24,000 nt of DNA from Candidatus Levybacteria bacterium RIFCSPLOWO2_12_FULL_39_17 (GCA_001782675.1 MFPJ01000020.1:1-24000), one strand, 5' to 3'; positions 8,301-13,752 are shown, counted from the stretch's first letter. Numbers and translations are program-made. Notes: generated from the sequence alone by a model not told the origin.

Positions 8301-8857
8301 ATTATGAAAAATATTAAAGAACGAGGACTTTGTTTTTTAATAAAACAAAGGGCGGACAATAGCAGCCAGGGGAGGGCGGCAAAATGAGTGATGAAAGGTT
8401 CAAATGGAACATAAAAATTTTGAATAGTCCCAAGATTAAGGGTATAAAAAATTCCCGCAACCAGAGCGGGAATTTTAGTATTCCGTATTCTGTATTCCGT
8501 ATTCTGTATTCTATTTAGGATATAGCTTGAGAGGAAATAAGTTCCTATTCCTCCTAAGAAAAGTGTTAAGAAAACAAAGAAGGGTCTTAGAAGATTGAGC
8601 GGTAGAATCAGGGAAGCAAACAAAAGAATGAGTTGATGGACAATGTCCGCGGCATGCCCGTTTCCCGGAGCAAGCCCCAAACCTTGATACTCTTGCCACC
8701 CTGAGAAAATAGAACGGCCAATGTTGGTTTTGAAATCAAACTCAGGCAAAAGGTTATCCCATCCAACAAGAAACTTATCCGGAGAAAAATTATTAATTAG
8801 AAGAAGCAGGAAGATAAAAGAAATTACAAGAAGAGGCAGTGCGTGTTTTTTCATCAT
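5339..8857 (-). CDS. Very large polytopic envelope protein: many N-terminal TM helices plus a large extracytoplasmic C-terminal domain. Possibly a GT-C-like (AftD/YfhO-like) glycosyltransferase; family not confirmed.
   Basis: 1172-aa ORF. The start ATG overlaps the stop of the upstream glycosyltransferase (ATGA, 8854-8857). Hydrophobic helices run through the first ~480 aa, and a final TM lies near the C-terminus. The function call rests only on architecture and neighbourhood. Confidence 0.8.
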   Translation of the reverse strand: MMKKHALPLLVISFIFLLLLINNFSPDKFLVGWDNLLPEFDFKTNIGRSIFSGWQEYQGLGLAPGNGHAADIVHQLILLFASLILPLNLLRPFFVFLTLFLGGIGTYFLSSYILNRIQNTEYRIRNTKIPALVAGIFYTLNLGTIQNFYVPFEPFITHFAALPWLLLSALCFIKKQSPRSLIFFIIVNILAIPQGQVPTVFIVYISALLIVLFNVGIRTRQYPASIKVLLITFILNAFWLLPFLFFTLTNAQVVFDAKINQMATENVVLQNKEFGGFVDTMLLKGFWFNNVDPNLNGDFDYMLAPWRNHFSNPYIVLAGLMLFGIMLLGFFSVILNWKLEIARPASLGEAGGNWKFKAAFAALFLFSFTMLATNTFPFSFIDEIFRKIPLFEQVFRFPFTKFSILAALSYSVMLALGISIILKFLDDRIWKIGDGGRSLKIEDRKLNYPLLSIFKKLSSIIYFLPSVVIIAIIFLIALPAFQGHLFYDKSRINIPKEYFDTFEFFKKQDQNTRIANLPQPTFWGWNFYRWGYGGSGFLWYGIKQPILDRAFDVWSQTSENYYYELSSALYSRNPKALQDIFNKYQISFILLDKNIIYPNSPKSLFYAETEELLSKIPNIQGVAQFGNIKIYKLETKDKVNSFIYTKGQLPQIDSPFWKSSDLAYSTFGNYVSVKCQLPALSGVEVSDVSCQMYPFGSLFSLKTEKEKEFTLENQKDFIEVSGDIEVKKDSFLKIPSFFKSQKSIAFEISTILDNDGNTVISAAIKTPGVFLDRQKMWEEAFDFPLFILPKGTKYPVSLNINGVSNLKIDKEAENERQRKGASFLTGLEDNFVVLSGQGISKTQEIKAQIFDNLYRGEVMVPVSLGKHRLSIVVPKIDDDYISYKASIEELNIKDCDFWRSGKNTSDTSNGLVLLTSNNSSICASFYSSSILHDEAYAIFVKSKNFSGRPFHFWVLNEDQWYAPIDTYLARAKNQKSAEEVSFYVLPPMEENGRGYSFHFDNISIGKQTVSNRLSGLEIYPIPFNFITGIGIDSAKPFVKTETEGAKIESVNHPQESFYQVSLSNSEHPTTFILSQSYDPGWRAYSVQSSKLKVKSFLNSAFPFWFGNEIKEHVEVNGWANGWLIEKSKIKNQRSKIIIVFLPQYLEYAGFALLGLFGVIGGIKGITSIRSIK
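5342..5377. repeat. 9-nt tandem repeat x4 (cttgatact tctgatact tgtgatacc tttgatacc) at the 3' end of the 1172-aa CDS
   Basis: tgatac recurs at 5344, 5353, 5362 and 5371. It encodes the C-terminal ...IKGITSIRSIK. Confidence 0.9.
5453..5488. repeat. 7-nt tandem repeat x5 (ctttgat ctttgat ttttgat ttttgat ttttcgat) inside the CDS
   Basis: Read directly from the sequence. It encodes ...EKSKIKNQRSKIII... Confidence 0.9.
5574..5601. repeat. 7-nt tandem repeat x4 (cttttaa cttttaa ctttgaa ctttgaa) inside the CDS
   Basis: It uses the same words as the intergenic A/T heptad modules. It encodes ...SSKLKVKSF... Confidence 0.9.
6784..6843. repeat. tgaca-word block (tgacaactgacatctgaca ... caattgacatttgaca) with a GC-rich core, inside the CDS
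   Basis: The 19-mer at 6786-6804 is identical to 18028-18046. It encodes ...VKCQLPALSGVEVSDVSCQ... Confidence 0.9.
7468..7519. repeat. 24-nt unit gaaaatagataatagaggatagtt duplicated with a 4-nt spacer (28-nt period) inside the CDS
   Basis: Copies at 7468-7491 and 7496-7519. The two copies are read in different frames (NYPLLSIF / KLSSIIYF). Confidence 0.9.
7791..7853. repeat. aatttcc heptad words (x2 on each side) flanking a 30-nt GC-rich core, inside the CDS
   Basis: aatttccaatttcc occurs at 7791-7804 and 7835-7848. The core ccctgcctcgccaagcgaagcggggcgggc is at 7805-7834. It encodes ...NWKLEIARPASLGEAGGNWKFK... Confidence 0.9.
8478..8512. repeat. 7-nt tandem repeat x5 (gtattcc gtattct gtattcc gtattct gtattct) inside the CDS
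   Basis: Read directly from the sequence. It encodes ...NRIQNTEYRIRNTKI... in a loop between TM helices. Confidence 0.9.
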
Positions 8858-10566
8858 ACATATATGCGGTAATTTAATATTGGTATAAAAAAGAACCTTT
8901 TTGTTTTGACAGGTTCGGTTGTTAACACTTTATCATAAGATGCCGCAAGTTTCTTAAAGGACCTTTTATTAGCAAGAAGAGTGCTTAATTCCTTAAGTTT
9001 TTTGTATTGTCTTCTTTCAAGTGATAGTCTTATTTTCTTGATAAGGCTTTTTTGGTTAAGCCGGAACAGAAGGTCTTTTTTTGTTAGGCCTATTTTTTTT
9101 ATTGATTCTTCTATATCCCGGCTATGCAGAATGTCTCCTAAAGCTTCAGAGAGAAGGAATGGTTTGTTAAAAGCAAGCGCAAAAGACAATGGACCGGAGG
9201 ATGAGATAAAAGCTCTATATGGTAGAACAACTAAATCGGAAGCGCTAAAGTAGAGAGGTATATCCTTTTCTTCCACGAAGCCTGTAAATTTTACATTGGA
9301 AGGTGCTTTTTTCATCATGTTTTGTATTGTAGTTATAAATTTTTTGTAGTGGGGCTTTTTTTCTTGAGTAAAACTTGGCCCCCCGGCAATAATAAGTTTT
9401 ATCTTTTTCCCATTGAGCCTTTTTTTCCCAATGAATGTCCTTATAAGGAAGTCAACTCCTTTATACCAGGTTAGGTAACCAAAATAGAGAATTATTATTT
9501 CGTCCTCAATACCCAATAACTTTCTTGCCGCGCGTTTTTTAAGATTATGCATTTGAACTTTCGGAACTCCATGAGGAACAAAATGCACTTTCTCAGGCCT
9601 GACAATTGTTGAAATCCGTTCTCTTAAGTCTTCCTCAAGTACTACAATATTCTTTGCGGGATATGAGAGTAACCTGTAATAAAGCATAAGAGCAGGATTA
9701 AATATATATGAAAGAATTTTTCTGGAGGAGATTCCTATATGCCCCCCCAGTTTATTCAGGTCAAGAACAACCTGATGGACAACAATAGTTACATCTTTTC
9801 TTAAAAAGTAAAGAGACCAGACCAGTGGCAGGATTGCAAGAGTTGCTTTGGTGTCTCCAAAAGATGCAAATTCAAATTCAATAAGCACTTTACGCGTCAC
9901 ATTAAATAATCTTATTTTTTTAAAAAGGTCAAAATATGAAAAAGGGTTATTTCTCCTAAAACAACGCACAACAAGTATTCCGTTTTCTTCATAAACTTCC
10001 TCTTTATCAAGTACCATTGTTAAAACTATAATTTTTTTGAATTTTTGTATTTTGGAAAGCGAGGAAATTGTGTTTTTTGTAAAAGATGCCACTGCACAAA
10101 CCCCATTGCTGTAGGTTTCTTGTTTCTTTGGGTAACTTGAAATAACCAAAAGGGATTCCGGTTTGTTGTAATTTTTTATTAATTTTTCAATATTTTCCTC
10201 TTGGGCTAAGCTATTTTTGTTTGGAACTTTCTTTATTTTTAATTTATTCAATTCCTGTTTTAAATTTGAGAGGTCTTTATTTAAAAGAATAGTGTAGTGA
10301 GATTTGGAAGCTTTTAAACCTTCAAGGAAAACTTTTTTTGCCGGAAGTTTGGTTTTATAGCTAATTATCGAAATATTTATGTTCCCATTTTCCCGGGCAA
10401 AATCCGCAAGCTTTAAAAAAGTTTTGTCAGTTGATCCGTTATCAACAAATATTACTTCGGAAAGCCCAAGTCCACGGGGTAATTCCACCTCTTTCAAGGC
10501 TTCGAATATTTTCTTAAGTCTTTTTTTCTCGTTGTGAACGGGAATGATGAAACTTATGCTTCGCAT
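8854..10566 (-). CDS. Bifunctional glycosyltransferase: N-terminal GT2 fused to C-terminal GT4 (group 1)
   Basis: The track ORF starts at TTG 10575; the ATG at 10566 gives MRSISFIIPVHNEKK...VIFVDNGSTDKT (GT2 signature). The C-terminal half has ILYFGYLTWYKGVDFLIRTF...LIIAGGPS...FTGFVEEKDIPLYFSASDLVVLPYR (GT4/GT1 fold). Confidence 0.9.
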   Translation of the reverse strand: MRSISFIIPVHNEKKRLKKIFEALKEVELPRGLGLSEVIFVDNGSTDKTFLKLADFARENGNINISIISYKTKLPAKKVFLEGLKASKSHYTILLNKDLSNLKQELNKLKIKKVPNKNSLAQEENIEKLIKNYNKPESLLVISSYPKKQETYSNGVCAVASFTKNTISSLSKIQKFKKIIVLTMVLDKEEVYEENGILVVRCFRRNNPFSYFDLFKKIRLFNVTRKVLIEFEFASFGDTKATLAILPLVWSLYFLRKDVTIVVHQVVLDLNKLGGHIGISSRKILSYIFNPALMLYYRLLSYPAKNIVVLEEDLRERISTIVRPEKVHFVPHGVPKVQMHNLKKRAARKLLGIEDEIIILYFGYLTWYKGVDFLIRTFIGKKRLNGKKIKLIIAGGPSFTQEKKPHYKKFITTIQNMMKKAPSNVKFTGFVEEKDIPLYFSASDLVVLPYRAFISSSGPLSFALAFNKPFLLSEALGDILHSRDIEESIKKIGLTKKDLLFRLNQKSLIKKIRLSLERRQYKKLKELSTLLANKRSFKKLAASYDKVLTTEPVKTKRFFFIPILNYRIYV

Positions 10567-10575
10567 ATAAATCAA

Positions 10576-10668
10576 AAATTAAAAGTTAAAAATTCAAAAT
10601 TACAATTCAAAGTTCAAAATTTTAAATTTTAAACTGCAACTTTTAACTTTGTACTTTGAACTTTTAAC
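10576..10668. repeat. A/T-rich heptad word module upstream of the GT2-GT4 gene (inverted relative to the radA copy)
   Basis: It contains ttcaaaattacaattcaaa (10593-10611), the exact reverse complement of 1596-1614. Confidence 0.85.
10583..10610 (-). promoter_or_regulatory. Candidate promoter upstream of the GT2-GT4 gene (TTGAAT-16-TAACTT)
   Basis: On the minus strand: TTGAAT (10610-10605) and TAACTT (10588-10583). It shares the 19-mer tttgaattgtaattttgaa with the radA upstream region. Confidence 0.3.
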
Positions 10669-10709
10669 TACTCTTAAGACCACCAGTTTGACTGTTGGGC
10701 TTAAGAGTA
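10669..10709. other. Hairpin with a perfect 10-bp stem (tactcttaag / cttaagagta) and a 21-nt loop
   Basis: Arms at 10669-10678 and 10700-10709 are exact reverse complements. It lies between the glycosyltransferase upstream A/T module and the left inverted-repeat arm. Neither side has a U-tract. Confidence 0.7.
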
Positions 10710-10722
10710 AAGGTATACAGGA
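10709..10722. repeat. Left arm of a 14-bp perfect inverted repeat bracketing the GC-rich block (aaaggtatacagga)
   Basis: It is the reverse complement of 14016-14029 (tcctgtataccttt) and sits at the AT-to-GC composition transition. A 10-bp-stem hairpin (10669-10709) abuts it. Confidence 0.6.
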
Positions 10723-10877
10723 TGGGTAGAAGTTGTTCGCGTGAAGCGAACGGATCGTCGATTGACGAAACTTCCACTCCACACGAGCGTACTTTACTCC
10801 TCTGAGCCAAATCGTTCACGATCATCTTTTGCCTCGCATGCAATACGCAAGGTTTGGATGTTCGATTCACGATCGAT

Positions 10878-11036
10878 TCAGGCTAATAGGCGAATGGAGA
10901 GGTAAATGAGGAAGAAAAGGGCTCCTATGCCACCTCCCAGAACCCACTCTATGAGCGTCCTTATAGTTCCTAGCTCTTTGGCTATATGCCTGAGCAATTC
11001 CTGCTCGGTCATTTCCTCGACCTTCTTCCTGGTCAT
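10878..11036 (-). CDS. Island gene 7: 52-aa C-terminally TM-anchored protein (MTRKKVEEMTEQELLRHIAKELGTIRTLIEWVLGGGIGALFFLIYLSIRLLA)
   Basis: ATG at 11036 is preceded by AGGAGGAG (11043-11050). One C-terminal hydrophobic helix. The longer track ORF 10878..11372 overlaps the upstream gene and has no better start. Confidence 0.55.
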   Translation of the reverse strand: MTRKKVEEMTEQELLRHIAKELGTIRTLIEWVLGGGIGALFFLIYLSIRLLA

Positions 11037-11208
11037 TATTGTCTCCTCCTTTGAGAGACTTGGTTCGAACCTTGACGATATTTTCCCAACGGGATGTGCC
11101 GAATGGCGCGTCCCCGAAGGGAAGGAGTGATCCCGACAAATCGGGATTAGTTCAAGTTTCCGACTCGAACCGTCAACGCTCCCTTGTAATGAGCTGGAAG
11201 GAGGGCTG

Positions 11209-11865
11209 TTACGGCGCCGCCATGACCTCGCACGGATGCGTCTGGCCATCATCCCACTTAGGAATAGCCATTTTGGCCTGCAGCTTCTGTGCGTTTTCCC
11301 GCGTGCCCGGCTCGTTCCAGACGGTTGCGCCTTGGACTCCCATGGGTACGACGAACGCAAAGCACTGGGCATTCTTGCCCGGCTTCGTGTCGAAGTATCC
11401 TTCTGCGAGGGAGCCCTTAGGGTTCAGGAGGATCGAGAACGGTTCTTCCCGGAGATGCCATCCGCCAGGATCAGCAGTCGGTTCCCAACGAGAGGCATCG
11501 CCCCCGAAGAGAGATGCTGCTTCCTGCGCCGTCTTTGGAAAAGCGGCCGTTGCTTGCGTGCCGGTGGTGGTCGTCGTGGTCGTCCCTTGCCTAGGAGCTT
11601 GGGTTGGCGCCGGGGCCCGTGTGGTCGCCGGAGCCGGGCTGGGCGTGGGCTGAGCTACCCGGTTGCAGTCGCTCAAGTTTTGAACCTGGCGGCCGTCCTG
11701 GCAGACATAAGTTATGCCCTTGCCACTGTTGTCCTCGCCAACTTCCCAGATGGGATAACCTAGGGCAAAGCCCGGCCAGACAAAGAGCAGGACAACGACG
11801 AATGTCACTGCTGCAGGGAGCCATTGACTCCACCGGAAACCTTGGGGTTGAGCTTGCTGTGCCAC
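11209..11865 (-). CDS. Island gene 6: 218-aa signal-anchored/secreted protein with a Pro/Thr/Ala-rich linker and a C-terminal domain of unknown family
   Basis: GTG start 11865 lies 6 nt after AAGGAGG (11872-11878). N-terminal TM WLPAAVTFVVVLLFVWPGFALG, linker PTPSPAPATTRAPAPTQAPRQGTTTTTTTGTQ. GC-rich codon usage. Confidence 0.7.
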   Translation of the reverse strand: MAQQAQPQGFRWSQWLPAAVTFVVVLLFVWPGFALGYPIWEVGEDNSGKGITYVCQDGRQVQNLSDCNRVAQPTPSPAPATTRAPAPTQAPRQGTTTTTTTGTQATAAFPKTAQEAASLFGGDASRWEPTADPGGWHLREEPFSILLNPKGSLAEGYFDTKPGKNAQCFAFVVPMGVQGATVWNEPGTRENAQKLQAKMAIPKWDDGQTHPCEVMAAP

Positions 11866-11928
11866 CTTTTGCCTCCTTTAGACTGAACTGAACTCTCATC
11901 CGATGAATCGGAGGGCAGGCTGTCCGAG

Positions 11929-12016
11929 TTTGCCGCCGATTTTACCCCGCACAAAGCAAGGAATTTTTATTACGGCGCGCTATTCAGTTTGCGTGTCAGG
12001 TCCATGTCATGTGCGT
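11929..12016. repeat. 88-bp perfect direct repeat, copy B (between island genes 5 and 6)
   Basis: Base-for-base identical to 13111-13198 (tttgccgccgattttaccccgcacaaagcaaggaatttttattacggcgcgctattcagtttgcgtgtcaggtccatgtcatgtgcgt). The flanking bases differ on both sides. Confidence 0.95.
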
Positions 12017-12029
12017 TTTCCTTCTTTAC

Positions 12030-12581
12030 TCACCTTCTTGTTGTTGTCTCCACCAGGATAGGGGCAGCTTCCAACCGTAGTGGCTGGTCGCTTGAGAAAA
12101 ACAGTACACCTGGCGAAAGCGAGATCATCGCGTTCGTGGCGTAGTCGAAGAAGAAGAATCCGCAGTTAGCGGATGCACCTGCGCCACCGTAGTAGATACC
12201 ATCGAGGGATGGGGCAGTTAGTACCACCTTGCCGTTAGTCGTGCTGTCTACCACCTCGGTCGAGGACAGGAAGTTGCACGTGCTGATCGGCACCGTCTTG
12301 GTCACGTAGTAGCCAACGACGTTGCCATTTTGGCCTAAGATGTAAGTATACCACGGATGGTTGATCAGGTCTTCACGCTCAGTGAACTCCACTAGGGCCT
12401 TGCGGAGCGGGAAGTTCTGTGGTTGGGGCAGAGGCGCAATGGCTTCGGCGTTGGCGAAGACCTCTGTTCGTGCCTTTATGCTCGCCTCACGCTGCTGTGT
12501 GGGGGTCGGCTTGGGGCCGCAGGCAAAGCTCCCAAGAGCCAGCCCAAGTAGAGCAAGTGCTATAATTACCTGCTTCCACAT
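12030..12581 (-). CDS. Island gene 5: 183-aa putative lipoprotein
   Basis: ATG 12581 lies 9 nt after AAGGAGG (12591-12597). Signal peptide MWKQVIIALALLGLALGSFAC with a lipobox-like cysteine. It overlaps the upstream gene by 16 nt (12566-12581). Confidence 0.75.
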   Translation of the reverse strand: MWKQVIIALALLGLALGSFACGPKPTPTQQREASIKARTEVFANAEAIAPLPQPQNFPLRKALVEFTEREDLINHPWYTYILGQNGNVVGYYVTKTVPISTCNFLSSTEVVDSTTNGKVVLTAPSLDGIYYGGAGASANCGFFFFDYATNAMISLSPGVLFFSSDQPLRLEAAPILVETTTRR

Positions 12582-13087
12582 GACGTTTTACCTCCTTCCG
12601 GATAACCATTGTCAGGAATTTGGAATGGTAGGTCGTTGTCTCGGAACTGTCCTATCGTGTAGTCCTTTCTGGCGTCGCCGTTGTACTTGGCGATTGCCTG
12701 TCCATGAGCTGATTGGACACCGGCTATGTTTTGGTTGATGCGGGCACGATCTGCTGTGGTCTCAGCCGTCTTCAGTTGCTCGAATGAGGCGTCCAGACTT
12801 TTCTCGAGGCCTTGGATTCCTGCGCACTGGTTGAAGAATGTCTGGTAGGCGCTGATGCGGAACTCGGCAGATTGGATCTGCTTACGTGCTTCACCGCGGC
12901 CAAATATATCAGCCGTACCAACTCCGAACGCCCACAGACCGATTGAGATGGAACCGGCCAGGACTATCAGCAAGATGAGCAGTCCCCAGCCTTTGAACAT
13001 CCAGCCGATCACATCGCCCATGCCTGGATCTCTATATGGGTTGCTCACTGACTTGTTCCCCCTTCTAGGGTCTCTCCACATTCTCAC
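12566..13087 (-). CDS. Island gene 4: 173-aa type II membrane protein (one N-terminal TM, then a probably helical ectodomain)
   Basis: ORF 12566..13087. The start is ambiguous: GTG 13087, ATG 13081, GTG 13048 (9 nt after AGAAGGGGG, 13058-13066) or ATG 13021. TM helix WGLLILLIVLAGSISIGLWAF. The ectodomain is rich in A/Q/E/K (EARKQIQSAEFRISAYQTFFNQ...EQLKTAETTADRARINQNIAG). Confidence 0.7.
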   Translation of the reverse strand: MRMWRDPRRGNKSVSNPYRDPGMGDVIGWMFKGWGLLILLIVLAGSISIGLWAFGVGTADIFGRGEARKQIQSAEFRISAYQTFFNQCAGIQGLEKSLDASFEQLKTAETTADRARINQNIAGVQSAHGQAIAKYNGDARKDYTIGQFRDNDLPFQIPDNGYPEGGKTSCGSR

Positions 13088-13110
13088 GTGAAGGCTAATG
13101 CCTGCCGATA

Positions 13111-13198
13111 TTTGCCGCCGATTTTACCCCGCACAAAGCAAGGAATTTTTATTACGGCGCGCTATTCAGTTTGCGTGTCAGGTCCATGTCATGTGCGT
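13111..13198. repeat. 88-bp perfect direct repeat, copy A (between island genes 3 and 4)
   Basis: Identical to 11929-12016. Spacing is 1182 bp. In gene (minus) orientation both copies begin with the mini-ORF ATG ACA TGG ACC TGA. Confidence 0.95.
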
Positions 13199-13205
13199 CC
13201 TCCTC

Positions 13206-13385
13206 CTAATGTATGTCAGTTCGTCTTGTGCCTGGCTTAGGGTGATGGCGACCTCGCTTCTTAGATCTTGGAAAATAGCCCGGACGCCACTCGCGTTTTT
13301 CTTGACGACCGTCTTTTCCTGGTTTTATCCTGGGATCCCTATTATAACGAATTCGACGTGACTTATTTCTTTTGTTAGTAGCCAT
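13206..13385 (-). CDS. Island gene 3: 59-aa extremely basic protein (MATNKRNKSRRIRYNRDPRIKPGKDGRQEKREWRPGYFPRSKKRGRHHPKPGTRRTDIH)
   Basis: Hand-translated; below the ORF-track length cutoff. ATG 13385 lies 4 nt after AAGGAGG (13390-13396). Stop TAG at 13208-13206. Confidence 0.5.
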   Translation of the reverse strand: MATNKRNKSRRIRYNRDPRIKPGKDGRQEKREWRPGYFPRSKKRGRHHPKPGTRRTDIH

Positions 13386-13426
13386 TCTGCCTCCTTGCGG
13401 GTTCTCCGATTATTCGGTTGTCCCAG

Positions 13427-13600
13427 TTACGTCCCAAGAAAGATAGCCGTGATCGTACCTCCTATCATCATCAACAAGATGATGGCCTGTAACCATCGCT
13501 CATTGCTTCCTATGGTAGTCACCATTCCCCTCCTTCGCCTAGGCTTGAACTGTCTCCTGGGTACTGCCATGGTTCGGGTCCGCCTGAATGACCTTTTCAT
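13427..13600 (-). CDS. Island gene 2: 57-aa protein with an Arg-rich N-terminus and one C-terminal TM helix
   Basis: Track ORF 13427..13612. ATG 13600 follows GGAGG (13606-13610) and overlaps the upstream stop (ATGA, 13597-13600), which suggests translational coupling. Sequence: MKRSFRRTRTMAVPRRQFKPRRRRGMVTTIGSNERWLQAIILLMMIGGTITAIFLGT. Confidence 0.55.
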   Translation of the reverse strand: MKRSFRRTRTMAVPRRQFKPRRRRGMVTTIGSNERWLQAIILLMMIGGTITAIFLGT

Positions 13601-13752
13601 CCTTTCCTCCATATATTAAAACTCAGATTCCCAAAGACCGCGAATCCTATTCCTACCAGAAGCGTGGTGTCTCTCCCTCCACTATAAGATATAACTATCC
13701 CCAAACCAAAGAGAAAAATACCGAGGTAGCTCAAGAGTTGCCACATATACAT
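13597..13752 (-). CDS. Island gene 1: 51-aa protein with two predicted TM helices (MYMWQLLSYLGIFLFGLGIVISYSGGRDTTLLVGIGFAVFGNLSFNIWRKG)
   Basis: Hand-translated; below the ORF-track cutoff. ATG 13752 follows AGGAGGAG (13756-13763). The stop TGA overlaps the next gene's ATG. Confidence 0.55.
   Translation of the reverse strand: MYMWQLLSYLGIFLFGLGIVISYSGGRDTTLLVGIGFAVFGNLSFNIWRKG

Noticed and set aside
5342-8512. CRISPR array interpretation of the periodic repeats (also 1575-1643, 10576-10668, 15471-15529)
   Set aside because: The units are 7-9 nt with no unique spacers of 25-40 nt. Several lie inside an intact ORF, and there are no cas genes. They are short tandem word repeats, not a CRISPR array.
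10600-10870. ORFs 10600..10782(-) and 10664..10870(-) at the left edge of the island
   Set aside because: They have no SD, unlike the other island genes with a defined start. The GTG start is embedded in a palindrome. The region is better explained by hairpins (10669-10709; GTTCGC-gtgaa-GCGAAC at 10734-10750) and the inverted-repeat arm.
11050-11180. tRNA-like T-loop strings (ggttcgaacc at 11061-11070; ggttcgagtcgg on the minus strand near 11155-11170)
   Set aside because: No complementary T-stem, acceptor stem or anticodon arm can be built around them. ggttcgaacc is simply a palindrome.
10878-11899. Long overlapping ORFs in the GC-rich block: 10878..11372(-), 11039..11653(+), 11236..11763(+), 11604..11891(+), 11591..11899(-), 10867..11139(-), 10906..11130(+)
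   Set aside because: High GC content generates long spurious frames. These lack SD motifs and signal or TM features, and they overlap the SD-preceded 218-aa and 52-aa genes. Only the C-terminal 52 codons of 10878..11372 are supported, by an AGGAGGAG before ATG 11036.
11929-13198. Integron attC / gene-cassette interpretation of the 88-bp repeats
   Set aside because: The repeat lacks the inverted R''/R' core sites (RYYYAAC...GTTRRRY) and the imperfect internal dyad of attC. No intI or attI is present.
12361-13619. Plus-strand ORFs 12361..12738, 12855..13091, 13098..13361 and 13395..13619
   Set aside because: They are antisense to the SD-preceded minus-strand genes, have no RBS, and have Arg/Cys/Ser-rich compositions typical of wrong-frame GC-rich DNA.
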